Shown piece after piece: positions 51,301 to 64,000 of a stretch of 64,000 nucleotides of DNA. Numbering within the stretch: the first letter of the stretch is position 1; each line of letters starts with the position of its first letter. Origin of the DNA: Phoronis australis. Its lineage: Eukaryota; Animalia; Phoronida. The stretch covers positions 20,821-84,820 of the forward strand of contig NMRA01000711.1 in NCBI GenBank assembly GCA_002633005.1, in the 5' to 3' direction. The position numbers and the translations under genes are program-made. A model generated the notes under the pieces. The model was not told where the DNA came from, did no database searches, and saw only the letters and a program-made list of their open reading frames with translations.

Positions 51301-52012
51301 AATTTCATTATAGAAACTTCCAAGTGCATGAGAAACAGGAAGAATCCAAGAATCAAAAAATGACAAGAACTGATCTAGATTCTACTCAAGACACTAGTTA
51401 GAAGAAGGGACTAGACATAAAGGAAAGAGAAACATGACAAATCTGTGTGTTCATTGAAACTAGACAACGAAGATAGATGGTGAAGCGGCAGACTGCACCT
51501 CCCCAGTCAAACTCAGTTCACAGACTGAGACTATTTCTCAGTACACGCACAGCAAAAAGGTCGGTTTTCCAAAAAGCACCTAGGTGCACATACTCAAAAC
51601 CAAAAATCTTCCATCCAGTTTTCATGCAAAACTTAATTACCACCACACAAATATGAGGCGCACGGCTTGGTACCACTAAATACCAACATGTGAAGAGCCC
51701 AGCTTGGTACCACTAAATACCAACATAGGAAGAGCCCAGCTTGGTACCACTAAATACCATCACATTCGGGCGAAACATTCCGGACCAAATATATATGAAA
51801 AAAACAGGCAAAAAGGGAAACACGCTGACCCTCCCATGGACAGAATTTGTCCACCTTACAGCTGATAGTGAGACATGCGTTGAGAATCCTGTTAGTAATT
51901 GCTGACATTACTAAGCACTACATACTTAACAGGTAGGCCATTTAATCTACCATGGTTACCTACGCTACAGCTTCAACTCACCTTTTAGTACATACTGTTG
52001 TAAATTTTCCAT
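39361..52012 (-). CDS. Uncharacterised coiled-coil / CAP-Gly domain protein, ~570 aa; complement join(51982..52012,50485..50623,49504..49660,48372..48751,47406..47491,45612..45700,44709..44926,42942..43088,42068..42204,40846..40952,39954..40144,39361..39391)
   Basis: CAP-Gly domain YVVVKGDRTGHIRYIGHL..FVGLELDAP|VGRHDGNFNGKKYFSCGKDYGVFV. Coiled coils LEEKVLSLKRQNEVL and NSRLAEDLGAARKENEILKGRLKELE. The 12 exons are GT-AG with consistent phases and no stops (1713 nt). The start exon and last exon are less certain, and further 5' exons may exist. Confidence 0.8.
40512..40663. repeat. 37-bp tandem repeat x4
   Basis: CTGGATCACTTGACAATGTGCATTACAAGGCACACAA at 40513, 40550, 40587 and 40624. Confidence 0.9.
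42301..42463. repeat. ~31-bp tandem repeat x5
   Basis: GTGGCCCCAGTTAACTCTTAACCCACCACCA units. Confidence 0.9.
43516..44473 (+). mobile_element. 5'-truncated, degenerate non-LTR retrotransposon (CR1/L2-group-like ORF2 C-terminus), antisense within an intron
   Basis: Frameshifted LKWPKLSTRR..FTFKVINN, DLRS..NNWNSLPVSVKES, then Zn-knuckle-like CKCG....HVFFKC. AATAAA plus an A-tail at 44451-44473. Possible decayed TSD AATGTGGCAAGCTGC / AATGTAACAAGCAGC. Confidence 0.7.
44879..44998 (-). repeat. Duplication (68-bp offset) of a splice acceptor plus exon start of the CAP-Gly gene
   Basis: GTAG|ATGATAAACCTTGCCC.ACA.TAT.CCGGACAGTATTCAGATAGCTT at 44926 and 44994. Confidence 0.8.
46180..46406. repeat. 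39-bp tandem repeat x~6
   Basis: CTTCAGTAATCGACCAATCATAGAAGAGGTCTCCTGACA units. Confidence 0.9.
46863..47185. repeat. 70-bp tandem repeat x4.5 with internally palindromic units
   Basis: Units start at 46863, 46933, 47003, 47073 and 47143. GTGGGAC..TCACTA..TAGTGA..GTCCCAC in each. Confidence 0.9.
49120..49380. repeat. Degenerate ~34-bp minisatellite (CAGTCATGACAGCTAG..)
   Basis: Recurrent GTCATGACAGCTAGC motif. Confidence 0.65.
51665..51759. repeat. 37-bp tandem repeat x2.6
   Basis: GCTTGGTACCACTAAATACCA at 51665, 51702 and 51739. Confidence 0.85.
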
Positions 52013-53738
52013 TCCTACAAATATCAATGAGTTATCATAATCTTGATGTACAAACCATAAACCTTGTAAAAACAAAGAAAACATACAACCAAGGCAATAC
52101 AAGCCACAGTGCCCTCTGGTGATAATTAACAACACCACAAAAGACATTTGAAACTAGCCATGGATAGCAAGTGTCCTTGGGATCCAAACAAAGACCAACT
52201 CTGCTGCCAGCCAGTACACTTAGTCTCACAATCTCCAATGAAAAAATCCGTCCCCAGTGAAAATGACTGTTCGTAGACTGACATGCTTAACACTGCTTGA
52301 CGTGGGCGCCCTCTGTCATTCACACCTTATTACTTACAGTGGGTAGATACGCTCCCAATGAGCACAATTTGTTCTCCACAACCCAAATGTATCAAAAGAG
52401 CGAAATCAACAACCACGCTGGTAGCACGCAGCAATCGTTGATGTCTAGTGCAAAAGCACTTGAGGACAATGTGCTACCTTAATAGTACATTTACCTGCAG
52501 ACAAAGTGATGTTTGTTAACAGAGGACAATGATGTATTTACGGTACAACTGTTACCAAGTAGAGTTCTCTACACAAGGGAAAGCACAAACATGTCACTAA
52601 TACTGACAAAATGGTCACAGGGACAGGTTAACAAGCGATGGAGAAACACTAGATCACATGTCACACTGTACAACACTGCTGCGACTCACTGTCACGTGAC
52701 ATTCTCTTTTAGACAATCTAACAAGAGTGAGTCGCATCATCATATTTTTAAACAGGAACAACGCAGAGTGTTCATACGCGCCTACCGTGTGAATCGCCTA
52801 CAAGTGCAGACACAAGGGATGATCATTATTTCAAACCTCGTTAGAGGAAGCACTTGTATTTTGATTCTTAAAGTAGCCTATAGGGGGTAAAAAGCAAGTC
52901 ATCAATGTTCTCCTCAATAAAAGCACTGGCACATCTGTCATCTTTCATCAGGATTCTTTAAGCAGTTTGGAAGACAGGAAGCAGACAACAAACAACAAAA
53001 ACAAAAATAAGGAAAAAGGCCACTAGGGGGCACTACATAGGTCAAATGTACCTACAATGTAACAGGTGCTGTTCCCTCTGTCACAATACAGCAACTTATT
53101 TGCTTTGGCAAATATCCATCAAGGAATTGTAGATATCAAGAAAAATACAAAGAAAACCAAAATTACTGCTAAGTGACTCCACAGTAGTCAGATTTGTCCC
53201 AATGTAAAGTTGTACAAGTACAAGCGTACTACAGATATCCTCACCCAATGCACATTACATTTGTTAACATTTGCATACTACCAACATGTCAATGTGTTAT
53301 CAATAGTGGAGAACACAGAAAAGGTTGAGACAGGGGGAGGGCACACCTGCAGGGCAGTTAAGTAACTCATTCCAAAAGTGCTTCTCCACTCAACAAAGAT
53401 GATGATAGATATCAGGTGCAATGAACAAGCAGTGGTTTAAAACCTGCTGTTTGTTTGTACAGGCAAATGTATGAAAACAAACTTGAGAGGATATGATCAG
53501 TTCAACTCAGACTCATTGTCCCTACAAAGCTCTAGGGATACAAATCATATAGCTAACATAATGGTTCAAGCATCAATTATGTTTGCCAACAGAAATTCAT
53601 CCAAGATTGAACATGTGGTAACTCTCAGCTTATTTTACACAAAATAAATCAAAAATTTTATAAGATAGGGTGTATGACAGCACCAGGGGATTCCTCTAAA
53701 AAACGCTAACTTTGCCTTAGGCTATTCACCTAATAAAA

Positions 53739-53781
53739 ACACACACAGACACACAGACACACAGACACACAGACACACACA

Positions 53782-53825
<44 letters not shown>
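53739..53825. repeat. (CA)n/(CACACAGA)n microsatellite
   Basis: Direct reading of the sequence. Confidence 0.95.
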
Positions 53826-53827
<2 letters not shown>

Positions 53828-54523
53828 ATTCCACTAATTGACCACACAGGAGATCCAACTTCAAGTAAGTGACCAAGATATGACCTAATACCAGTAAAGC
53901 ACTTAAAGGAAAATTTCCAAATCACCACACAAATGAACATTAACTTTGTGCTTTCACAACTTTCAAGACATCAGGATATCTGGAGAGCATAGCCATGAAT
54001 GCAATCTGCAGTGTAAAGTTGTGTTTTGAATTATCACAGTAATTTAATTTCCTGATTACAGTGCAGCTACAAAGATCTACCAATACAAATCAAAAATACT
54101 GCTCACACCTTTTAATTGAGACCAACAGAAACTGCCATCACTATGTTTCCCAAGTTTGATAAACAGTGCCACCTATAGGTACACCTCAATTGATGAATGT
54201 CTTACAGTAAGGTGCCCACATTATCGGCGCCGCAACTCGAAAGGCTAACAGCCTCTCCCAGCACAATAGTGGCCATTGAAGTCAGCGCTCCATTTGGCAA
54301 CTTCCAGATCACAAATGCGACCTCAGATTGAGCTTGGCGACTTAGGAAAAATCTCAAGGCACCATGAAGTCACCACCGCGAGTATCAAAGTCGGACATTA
54401 ATTCCCACTAAATTTGCTTCAAATTTCGTGTTGACTCCCAAACTATAAATTACAAACAAGTTTCCTGGATTCATTACCTTTGAATCACAGTTCTTCAGTT
54501 TACTTTGGGAAGCATTTGTCAAC

Positions 54524-54636
54524 ACAGCAATCAATATACATCTGATCAAATGTGCTTATATTACAACAGCACTCAATATACATCTGATCAAATGTGCTTA
54601 TGTTACAACAGCAATCAACATATATCTGATCAAATG
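54524..54636. repeat. 42-bp tandem repeat x2.7
   Basis: CAATATACATCTGATCAAATGTGCTTAT units. Confidence 0.85.
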
Positions 54637-56242
54637 AGATTAAATTACAACAGGAAGTGAACAGACGGCAGAAATCAGGCAAGATCAGTGAAATACCTGC
54701 CACCAGTGTATGCGACCATCTGGTTCACGGTCAGACAAAATTTACGGCGGATCGACAACCTCGAATTTCATTTGGTGACCTGGGGTTTTCAGTTTTAGCG
54801 ATATCAGATTTCATTTGGTTACCAGGGATTTTCAATTTTGGCGACCTTGGATTTCGTTTGGCAACCAGGTATTATTGCCTGGTTTTGACTCGTCACTACG
54901 CTGAATTTTGTTAAAACATGTTTGGCTTACTTGGGTAGACTTTTAAAGCCTGTGCAATGAATTCGAAGTTTTGGAAGATTAGTCATTTCCTAAGCAAATT
55001 GGGACATTTTGGACTTTTGGTAGCAGTTCAATACATTCCTGCCAAATACAAAAACTCTCCTAATGTACATGTAGACTTTCGAACACATACATGAATTTTT
55101 TTATAATTGCAGTCAAGTTTGAATTTTTTGACGTAAAGAGCGCTGAAGTCATCTATCCCCATTGGCATCACAAATTATATGGTTGGCTGTGACAAACCAG
55201 AAGCTCAGTTTGACCTATGGTGTGTAGCTCAACCCCTGGTGTACATTTGTCAGACAGACTGACTGTTCATTGCAGGCAACTGGCATTACAAGCTTTTTCT
55301 AAGATCATTATCATAAATCCACCTCTACTCAGGACATAAATCACACAAACGCAGACAGCTACAGTGAAACACACATGCAAACACCAACTTCAGGGAAAAA
55401 ATATGTACTTCTTCTCAATCAGCCAGTTTTTGCCAATTATCAACTATTTTTTTGACCAAAGAATGCCAGATGAGAAATTCCGGGCCTTGCAAAATATTCT
55501 TGACTTTTCTCCGACACACATGTAAATCGCATTACCTCGCTCATTCTCATGTGCTGGTGATCAAGCCATCTTTATGGGGCAGCCAGAAGACAGATCAGGG
55601 TCTAAACAACAACATCAAAACATGTCACTTTCCTCCACGTTGGATAACCACAACTATTTGGCTAATGCATGCCACAGCACCTTCCTGTCCTACACAACAA
55701 AACATGAGTAAGAACATCTCCCAAAATTACAAACTACCATATTTGTCTGGGTTAATGCCCGAGGCATCTAAATTGGGAAATTCAAAAATAAGGAAAGTGG
55801 ACATGAAGTGAGAAAAACACAACCTTGTCACCCAGCCTTCAAAACTGAGTATTAAGAAATCCAGTGTTACAAATCTAGCTAAATGTGGACATATACCCCA
55901 CTGGGAGACAATGTTATATCACAGGAAGTACAGTAATCCCCTTGATAATTACCCTGGACATGTGCACCTATATGTTACAGTAAATCAGTTTTTGTATAGA
56001 GGTCAAGAAACTACATGAGAAATTTGCAACATGCAATTTGCAAAATTCAATTATGTCAACAAACTGTACTTGAGATCTTCATAGAAATTGGAACTGTCAA
56101 TAGTTTTGTTATTTTTCCCTGTCCACTATCAGCACTGGAGCTTATCTTATCACTGGTTACCTCGAAAACAGTCACCAGGTGGCACTTGGCAGGCATGCTG
56201 GTTGGTTAGAAGAGAACCACGTAGATCAATAAGGAGAAAATA

Positions 56243-56660
56243 AAGTCCCGTCCACAAACAGCCTACCCTAGAACAACTTGCACTAGTGCAACTTACCCCA
56301 CTTTTGAGTGGAGTGTCCACACACACACACACATATCCAATAAGTAGTGTAAGGCAGAAGTTGTCGCTCTGTGCGGAGCAATGAACGCCTAATGCCAAAA
56401 CAGTGCAAAAGAAAACCCGTCTGTATGTAACTACAGCTGGCAATTACTTCCACCCTACCCCACTTTGCGGCCACACAGTGATTACAAGTGGTGCAAGTTA
56501 CCCTAGAACAAGTTACCCCACCTCAATAATGTGGAGAAAGTTGTCACAAGTGGGGTAAGTAGCGCTAGTTTAAATATAGTGTCCAGAAAGCACTCAAGCC
56601 TAGCGACATCTTGTTCCAGGAGTAACTTGTTCTATGGTAAGTCTGTGTGTGAAGAGAAGT
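56243..56660. mobile_element. MITE with ~30-bp TIRs and internal ACTTACCCCAC sub-repeats
   Basis: CACAAACAGCCTACCCTAGAACAACTT at the left end matches the reverse complement of the right end, CACACACAGACTTACCATAGAACAAGTT. Confidence 0.65.
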
Positions 56661-57519
56661 CTGGATATGAGTGAACAGTTTAACTAATATCCAAGTCAGT
56701 CAAAGATGACCTGGCGCAGGAATACCGCAGCATTCAAATGCACGTAGAAGAACAAAGGCACAAATAGCTTCTAAACATGGAGACACACAGACCACTCCAC
56801 CTGGTGTCATGAAGCACTATCACAGCTATTCCAGCAATTCACTATGGCAATCACAGAAATCTGAATTTGACACAAGCAGGGCTCTTTTCAGTATTGGTCA
56901 ATCGAGTTGTTGGCATAGCACATATGGATTACAGTCTGAAAGCACAAAATTTCCAAGACCAAATATAATTGCCTGTACACAACATGACATATATTCACGC
57001 TGCTTATGTGCCGTGACACATTTTCGTGACACATTTTCGTGACCCACTTTCTATATACGGCTTGCAAAACTGAGAAAGATTGCATTCTCTCTACGAGACA
57101 CAAAACAGGAGAGAATGATACCCTAGACAATCTGACAGTGGTTGGTAACCATGCAACCACTTGATGAGGATAACATTAATAGTGTCTAAGTTGACAAAAT
57201 ACTGCAGTGGGTGAAAAATGACTCAAATTGAAGATTGCGACAGTTTGTGTAGAAGCCAGAGTGTGCGGTCTTGCAAAGAGTATCCACATGAAAGTAGATA
57301 CACTTAATTGGGATGCCAACATTCTCAACTTTTGATGGTGCCTTTGGATTTGTACTGTGTCCCAGTACTAACAGTGCCCTCTGTCCCCAGCCTATTGAAG
57401 TTTGTGAATCAACCTCTTGCTACAATGTTCCCCGAACATGAAAATTTAGAAGAGCACCAGACAGCATATCTAAAGGAATAGCAACTTATTCCAAACTACA
57501 CTAGCGACTCTGAAACAGA

Positions 57520-57945
57520 TTGTGTTCAACGTGTTAGCCGATGAGCTTAACACTAACAGTCCTTCCTATGGCGTACTGAGCGATAAATATGATTAATCTT
57601 TGCCAATAATTATTAATATCGGCAGCCCAAGACAACAACCGTGAAGGCTTTGGAACGACAAGAATCGGAAATTACGTCGAGGAAACTATTCCTCGCTACA
57701 GCGACCCGTAATTTAAGTCGCAGTTTCGGATGAGTGGGTCAACTTTTGAGGTTAGTTTTCGTGTAGCAGAACCAAAATGGGTTCATATGTTGCAGACGTG
57801 AAGCCTTCGCAGGACGCCATCTTGGAAATCTAAGCAAACATGCTCTCGAGGTTGTTCGCAAGCACTCGCGAGCGCTAACCTGAACACAGCTGTTCAGGAC
57901 GAGGGCGCTCAAATCGCTCGCGGGCGCTCACTCTATTGAACAAGC
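57520..57945 (+). mobile_element. Internally deleted PIF/Harbinger-like transposon with a transposase (HARBI1-like) N-terminal remnant
   Basis: 57661-57750 translates RIGNYVEETIPRYSDP*FKSQFRMSGSTFE|GTTAGT, resembling the Harbinger YSDxxFxxxFRMSxxTF motif. Short TGTTCAA/TTGAACA inverted ends. Confidence 0.6.
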
Positions 57946-60900
57946 TTCAGGAGGCTGTGTGCATTCTACAACTGAGCTGATTCACCAAGGTTCTGTCAAC
58001 AGCAAAGGCGAGTACTATTAGTACTATTCACCCTACACAAGCTTGTCAGTGGCCAGCAGACAGTTTACCCAAACAAACAAGCCCTGGTGATTGACCCTGG
58101 ACCCTCAATAAGTGCATACACATGACCAGCTAAGCTTCACGGAAACTCCAAGTATACCTATACATTAGTGACAAAACAGTGGTAGTTATTCAGTTTCCAA
58201 AATATCAGTGTTGTTGTCCAGACAGACCTACTCTCTACACACTACTCTCTATAGAAGTTGTTTTCACAAGCAGTTACCACAGTCTTCCTGAACATCCATA
58301 TGGATTACAACACAGGAGTCATCTGCACCAACACAAAAACTCCATTCAAAGTTGTTAGGCACAGACACACAGCAGCACTGATTAGTTTCTGTTTTAAACA
58401 GATGATGTCGGTAAAAACACAACAAAGAGAAACCAACAGTTTAAAACACTAACCTCCAGTTGTCATTTCTGTCCAATCAGTGAAGGACTTTTCATAGATT
58501 TCACAAAAATTGCATGAATTAGATTGACCAACAATAACTAAATTGAACACAGATGAAGACAGCTAAATTTTTACAGCCTCAGATACACAGAGTATTCTCC
58601 AGCAGGACAGAGTAGCAGAGAACAGTTAGATTTGGTCTGTACCCCAACTTATTTAGGGACCAGCACTCATCAATTAAAAAAAAATAATAAAACAGTCAAT
58701 CACATCAATTTAAGGAACATAAGCAAGGGTTAGCAAGGTTTAGAATTCCATGATTTGCCAAGCGGCATCATTTTTGCTGGTCTCGGATGAGTTTTTTGAA
58801 AAAGTGAGAAACCAGAAAATACCGCACCACAGACTCTATTCTCAAGAAAGGCCAGAAACAATTATGCTTTTTTGGCATTACGCGACTGTTTGGTTAAATT
58901 TCACATAAAAACAATTAACAAAATTTCCCCTTTTAATTTCAGAAAGGCAACCATTCACGCCAATGGATAAGTTATAAATGGCCACAAATGGGCAGCTGCT
59001 GAGAAAAACGCACAAAACAGCACCCAGAACACAAATTTGACTGCATTAAGGGTTGAAGGCATTTGCCCATGACCCCCCCAAATGGATCCCACCATTCAAT
59101 GCAACAAAAGAAAAATGTTGCATGACCATTTGTCTCTGCAGTCATGTCAAATTCTTCCCATTCTCTTAACATCACTATGTAATCACTGTTAGACAATAAC
59201 AACATGGGGTTGTTTATGATGCAATAGCTGATCTACATAAGTGGCACAAATAACAAAACTTTATTCTCACAGTATCATATGACCACTTATCATGCCTGTC
59301 AGTAACTGAGTAAGCAATAAACAATAAACATGGTCTGGAGAGTCCTACTTTCCAAACTGTCTGTGGATGACAGTGGTCTTGTCAAGTCTTTTTCAACAAT
59401 AACAATCTAGTAAAACACAGGGCCTTGCATGGGTGGTTGCTCAATGGATGGCCTTAAACCTAATCTTTCACTAAGTTAGGAGATAGAACTTACATTAACA
59501 TGGCAGTTTACCAAATGTTTGAGAATTACAATTTTGACCTTGTTGCTCTTCATGGAAAAATACAGAAAACACATCAAAACTAATGAAAGTTGTTGGAAAA
59601 ATAAGAAAGACACGTTCTTTTTACTCATCCCAGCAGTAGGCCATCTGTTCAATTCTGCTGATGGTGGAAACTATAGGTCAGTGAGGCAAGAAAAATGTTT
59701 GAGGAACATTTGTAAATTTAGGTTGGTCATTCGATTTGACAACTTTCATGTTCTGGCCCTGATTAGGAAGGAAATTCCTCTGTAGTTGTCAACTTTTAAA
59801 TCCAGTGTCAAGGATTAGAAGAATGTTTTACACAATAACATTGCAGGGCTTAATTTAGCAACCTCGGATTTTGTTTGGCTACCTCGTAAAAAAAACCCAG
59901 ATCGGCACGAAGTCACCATCCACACGTCTAAACACACACTTAAAACACTGTAGAAAGTCAAGAGACGAATGTCAGAATCATTCAGCAAAAATCAAAAGGG
60001 CCCGTATGCCATCATCTGTTTCTGGTATAGGAGTTGATCCTGTGTGGTCAACTGGAGCTGAGAGGAGGAAATTGGTTATTACTGAGCACACAAGGCACTC
60101 ATAATATTCTGTTCAACTAAAGAAAACGTTGTTCAGGTGATCTCAGATGCACCGGCATATATTCGCCAAGTTAGCCAGCCTTTCACTTCAATTATCTTAT
60201 TTATTCTAATTTCATCTTTGCAACAACACATCGTTCGTAGGAGTCACCGCCCGGTTTTGTTTCCTAAATTGTTGTCCACTTGTAGACTTCGATTGCTCTC
60301 TAATACTACATTTTTGTCACTTTATCTTCATGGAAGGATTCTCTTTTACGTGTCACGTTTTCTATTATGTCTGAAAAATGAGCTTCGATGTTCGTCAAAG
60401 CTAAAATTTGACATATCAATGAAGATAAAAGACCACCAAGGACCATCCATATATATTCCATATTTCCACTTAGTCCACAAATGCACAGGAAATTTAGACA
60501 ACAGACTTTGAATCCCTACTGGAACTCTGGGACTATTTCAAACAAACCAGGCACAGAACTTTTGTTAACTCCCGTAGGAGCTTTCCTGGTGTTGGCGGCC
60601 TCGCTTCCCGGTGGCGACCTGGGAACTTTGCCATGTCGCGTTTGGCAAGATGACGTTATGCTTTAAAGCCCTGCATCAACTTATAATCTATGCTTAATGA
60701 GGTTTGTGAGAGGCAGGTTCTCAACGGACTGAAATAAATTAGAAAAAATTCCTTCTACTGTGCGTTATTCACTGAAATAGTACAGAGAGCACAAGAAGGG
60801 GTTAAGGACATATAAGTATTGTGGCAATCATAACTGTTAGTTATGATTGTTACTTGGGGCAAATGACTTTGCAGATTAGGTAATGAAAAAACCAGCAGGT

Positions 60901-61454
60901 GTTGAAAAGTTATGTTGAGCCCTTGAACTGTTGCCGTTAGACACCAATACAGAAAAAACATTCTGATCAATGTATGTTCTTACCAGACAACCGTATCAGA
61001 TAGTTTTTGTTGAGAATTTAAAGAAAACAAAATTCTACTTTCAACCACAGCGTGCTGCGCTACTTACGTAAGAATTACCGTGATGTAACGTGTTTTATCA
61101 GGAAGTACAAACATGCTGCATGCAGATTTGTTATATATGAAGTCAGGGGAGAAGTGGTTCTCACTATGTATCCAACATCCACACATTGTCACTCATGACT
61201 AAGCACAACCTCTGAGCAGATAGGACAAAAATAGATGTTTATAGCCGACCAGGAGCAGTAGGAGTTAGAGAGGCCACTTGATGGTGTTGTGTAGACTTGA
61301 GTGGTTTAACAGTTGCTACACAATGTTTACACACAAATCCAGCATGGTTGATATGGGTCACTGATAGCCTGTCTGCAGACTGTGGTGTGGGCCACACACA
61401 AACATCACTCTACTAATGGTAGGTGAGCATGTGGATGAAGGCTGACACTACATG

Positions 61455-62113
61455 GGTACACATACACATCAGTCACATACTGACTGTACCAGAAATGCAC
61501 ATAGCCATCAGTCAAACATTGACTGTACCAGAAATGCACATAGCCATCAGTAACAAAGTGACTGTACCAGAAGTACACATAGTCACCAGTCACATATTGA
61601 CTGGACAAGAAGTACAAGTAGCCATCAGACACGTATTGATTGTATCAGAAGTACACATAGCCATCAGTCACATATTGCTTGTACCAGAAGTACACTTAGC
61701 CATCAGTCACATATTGCCTGTACCAGAAGTACACATAGCCACCAGTCAAACATTGACTGTACCAGATGTATACATAGCCATCAGTCAAACATTGACTACC
61801 AGAAGTACGCATAGCCATCAGTCACATATTGACTGTATCAGAAGTAGACATAGCCATCAGTCACACACTGACTACCAGAAGCACACATAGCCATCAATCA
61901 CAAATTGACTGTACCAGAAGTAGACATAGCCATCAGTCACATATTGACTACCAGAAGTACACACAGCCATCAATCACAAATTGACTGAACCAGAAGTACA
62001 CATAGCCTTCAGTCACATATTTACTGTACCAGAAGTAGACATAGCCATCAGTCACATATTGACTGTACCAGAAGTAGACATAGCCATCAGTCACACATTG
62101 ACAGTATCAGAAG
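61455..62113. repeat. 39-bp minisatellite x~17
   Basis: GACTGTACCAGAAGTACACATAGCCATCAGTCACATATT units. Confidence 0.95.
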
Positions 62114-62299
62114 TTGAGTTAAGTTGATTGTTGCACAGTAATCAAATCTGGAATCTAGAACTATATCACGTTCTCCAGTATCTAGAAACAAGCAACACAA
62201 AAATATTTAACATGACTGATATCCAGTGCCAGTTTTGTCAAAGGTCATAAGTCTGCTCGTAACCAAGACAACCATAGACTACTACACTACTACCTATGC

Positions 62300-63100
62300 A
62301 GCATTACCTTTTTACAATACTAGCCAAAACAATGCAACTGAAGTTGGTAATATTTCATATTCACACACCATGCTCATTACAGGCCATCCTAGCTAAGACC
62401 AGACCACACAACAGGGTCTCAGTCTCTACAACCCAGCTGGTGGTTGAGGCTTGGTACAGAATGATCTTCAAGTTAGAAACAGTTCTGGGAGAATTATCAG
62501 AACACTGAGGCCAGAAAATGTTATGACGCAAACTGTTTCTTTGAGGGGGAGTGTAAGGGTGCTCACACTGAGATTGGAATTCTAAACAATGCCAAGGTTT
62601 TGGGAACACAGAGGCAGCTTGACATCTTGACAAATTGCCACCAGTGGAAATGGAGTGTTTCACATAAATCAAGAGAAAGGCACAAATCAGTACAGATTCC
62701 TAAATTCAGGTCCCCTTTTTAAATGTTGAGAGAAGAGTGTTTTATTAGAGAACAGTTTCACACCAAACACCATTATTTTTATATAGGTACCATATCTAAG
62801 AACTCTGAATGGTCACAGAAAAGAGTTTAAATGTTGTTTAACTGAGTCTAGGTTTGAACATCTAAGCAACAAATTGGATTTTTGGGAGATTAGGCATCTC
62901 TCCAACCAATTCATTGCACTGATTGCAATACTTAATGAACCAATCCCTGACAGGATAGACATGAGCTTTTCAAGAAGCCCATCAAGGTTTGTAATCCTTA
63001 TCAAGGAAGTTTCTGTTGTGAACAATACGTTATTCTGATGCGCTTCAAAATGATAAGCACACTACTGCTATCCAGGTAAATAATTAACCTTTGTTTGACA
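62300..63100 (-). mobile_element. Highly decayed L2/CR1-like LINE reverse-transcriptase remnant
   Basis: Minus-strand fragments QRLIIYLDS, TTETSLIRITN, SAMNWLERCL and HPYTPPQRNSLR resemble the RT motifs STETALLxITND, ALxWFxSYL and YxPxRxLRS, in the expected order. Confidence 0.4.
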
Positions 63101-63350
63101 AATAATTTATCATTAGTAAGTATTGACATTTACACCACTTCCAACCCAATACATCCTTGGTCAACCGCCATGTCCCCAGACAGCAAACTGACACAGCACC
63201 AAACGGTGTCGCTAGCATGGCATCGCAACAAGTTACGTCTGCACTGATTACAACTGAAGTACAACAAAAAATGAAAGCACTCGAGATGGAGTGACGCTTG
63301 GAGACTTGGAATGAAGAACTTGCAACTGAGACTGACTATGCAAACAAGAA

Positions 63351-63533
63351 CATCACACGGTATCTGACATCACATGGCATCTGACATCACATGGCATCTG
63401 ACATCACATGGCATCTGACATCACATGGTATCTGACATCACATGGTATCCGACATCACATGGTATCCGACATCACATGGTATCTGACATCACATGGTATC
63501 TAACATCAAACGGTATGTGACATCACATGGTAT
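63351..63533. repeat. 17-bp tandem repeat x~11
   Basis: CATCACATGGTATCTGA units. Confidence 0.95.
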
Positions 63534-64000
63534 GGAATCAAAACTGACACCAACTTCTCACTGGTACAACTGAACTGGTCAGAACAGAAAGAACAACAAA
63601 TTAAAAACTGTTTTTTTCCAGTTTCCAAAAGCTTACTGCATAAACGTCTCTAGGTTAGCAGGATGTCAGTTGGCTGCATGTGTGCATGTAAATTCAAGTT
63701 TTCATTGCTTGATTTTGTTTTTTTCTTTATCTGCAGAGAGACCAATTGCAAAAAAATCAACAATATCAACTTGTGCTGGTTGATGTGTTTGAAATAACTT
63801 AGGTGAAAATTACGTTTTACTGCATAATGCTGTCCAGTGTAGAAAATGAAAAGGTTTTACACTGAGACAGTGTGCTATATGGTTATGCAGAATCACATGT
63901 ACATCCAGTACTAGTGAACAATGAGGTTGAGGACAAGACACCAAGAAAGTCAGCTAGCAATCAGCTGCGAAGCAGTTGTTCTAGTCAGATTTCACCCCCC

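Noticed and set aside
61423-61890. 155-aa repetitive ORF, and the similar ORFs at 46138-46419
   Set aside because: These are by-products of 39-bp (13-codon) minisatellites, with no splice or homology support.

Overview
This is eukaryotic (animal) genomic DNA from a draft assembly. It is AT-rich, intron-containing and gapped with Ns. By inference it comes from a highly heterozygous invertebrate, but the species cannot be determined from the sequence. Four spliced genes can be reconstructed with consistent GT-AG phases: (1) a two-exon, ~940-aa acidic type I membrane protein I do not recognise (+, 9125-12277); (2) RNF32 (-, 8 exons, 18369-28608); (3) translin/TSN (+, 6 exons, 28910-34633), head-to-head with RNF32 across ~300 bp; (4) an uncharacterised coiled-coil protein with a C-terminal CAP-Gly domain (-, 12 exons, 39361-52012). 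Three duplications next to assembly gaps look like uncollapsed haplotypes; one includes a second RNF32 last exon and one reveals a ~2 kb indel. The introns and intergenic DNA carry MITEs, LINE and Harbinger remnants, a tRNA-derived SINE, a probable LTR and many minisatellites. The most unusual signals are a ~310-bp palindromic element in an RNF32 intron whose arms carry a minimal hammerhead-ribozyme-like fold with a G3:C8 swap, a ~100-residue insertion in RNF32 RING2, and out-of-frame tandem duplications of splice sites in two genes. There is no prokaryote-type system such as CRISPR.
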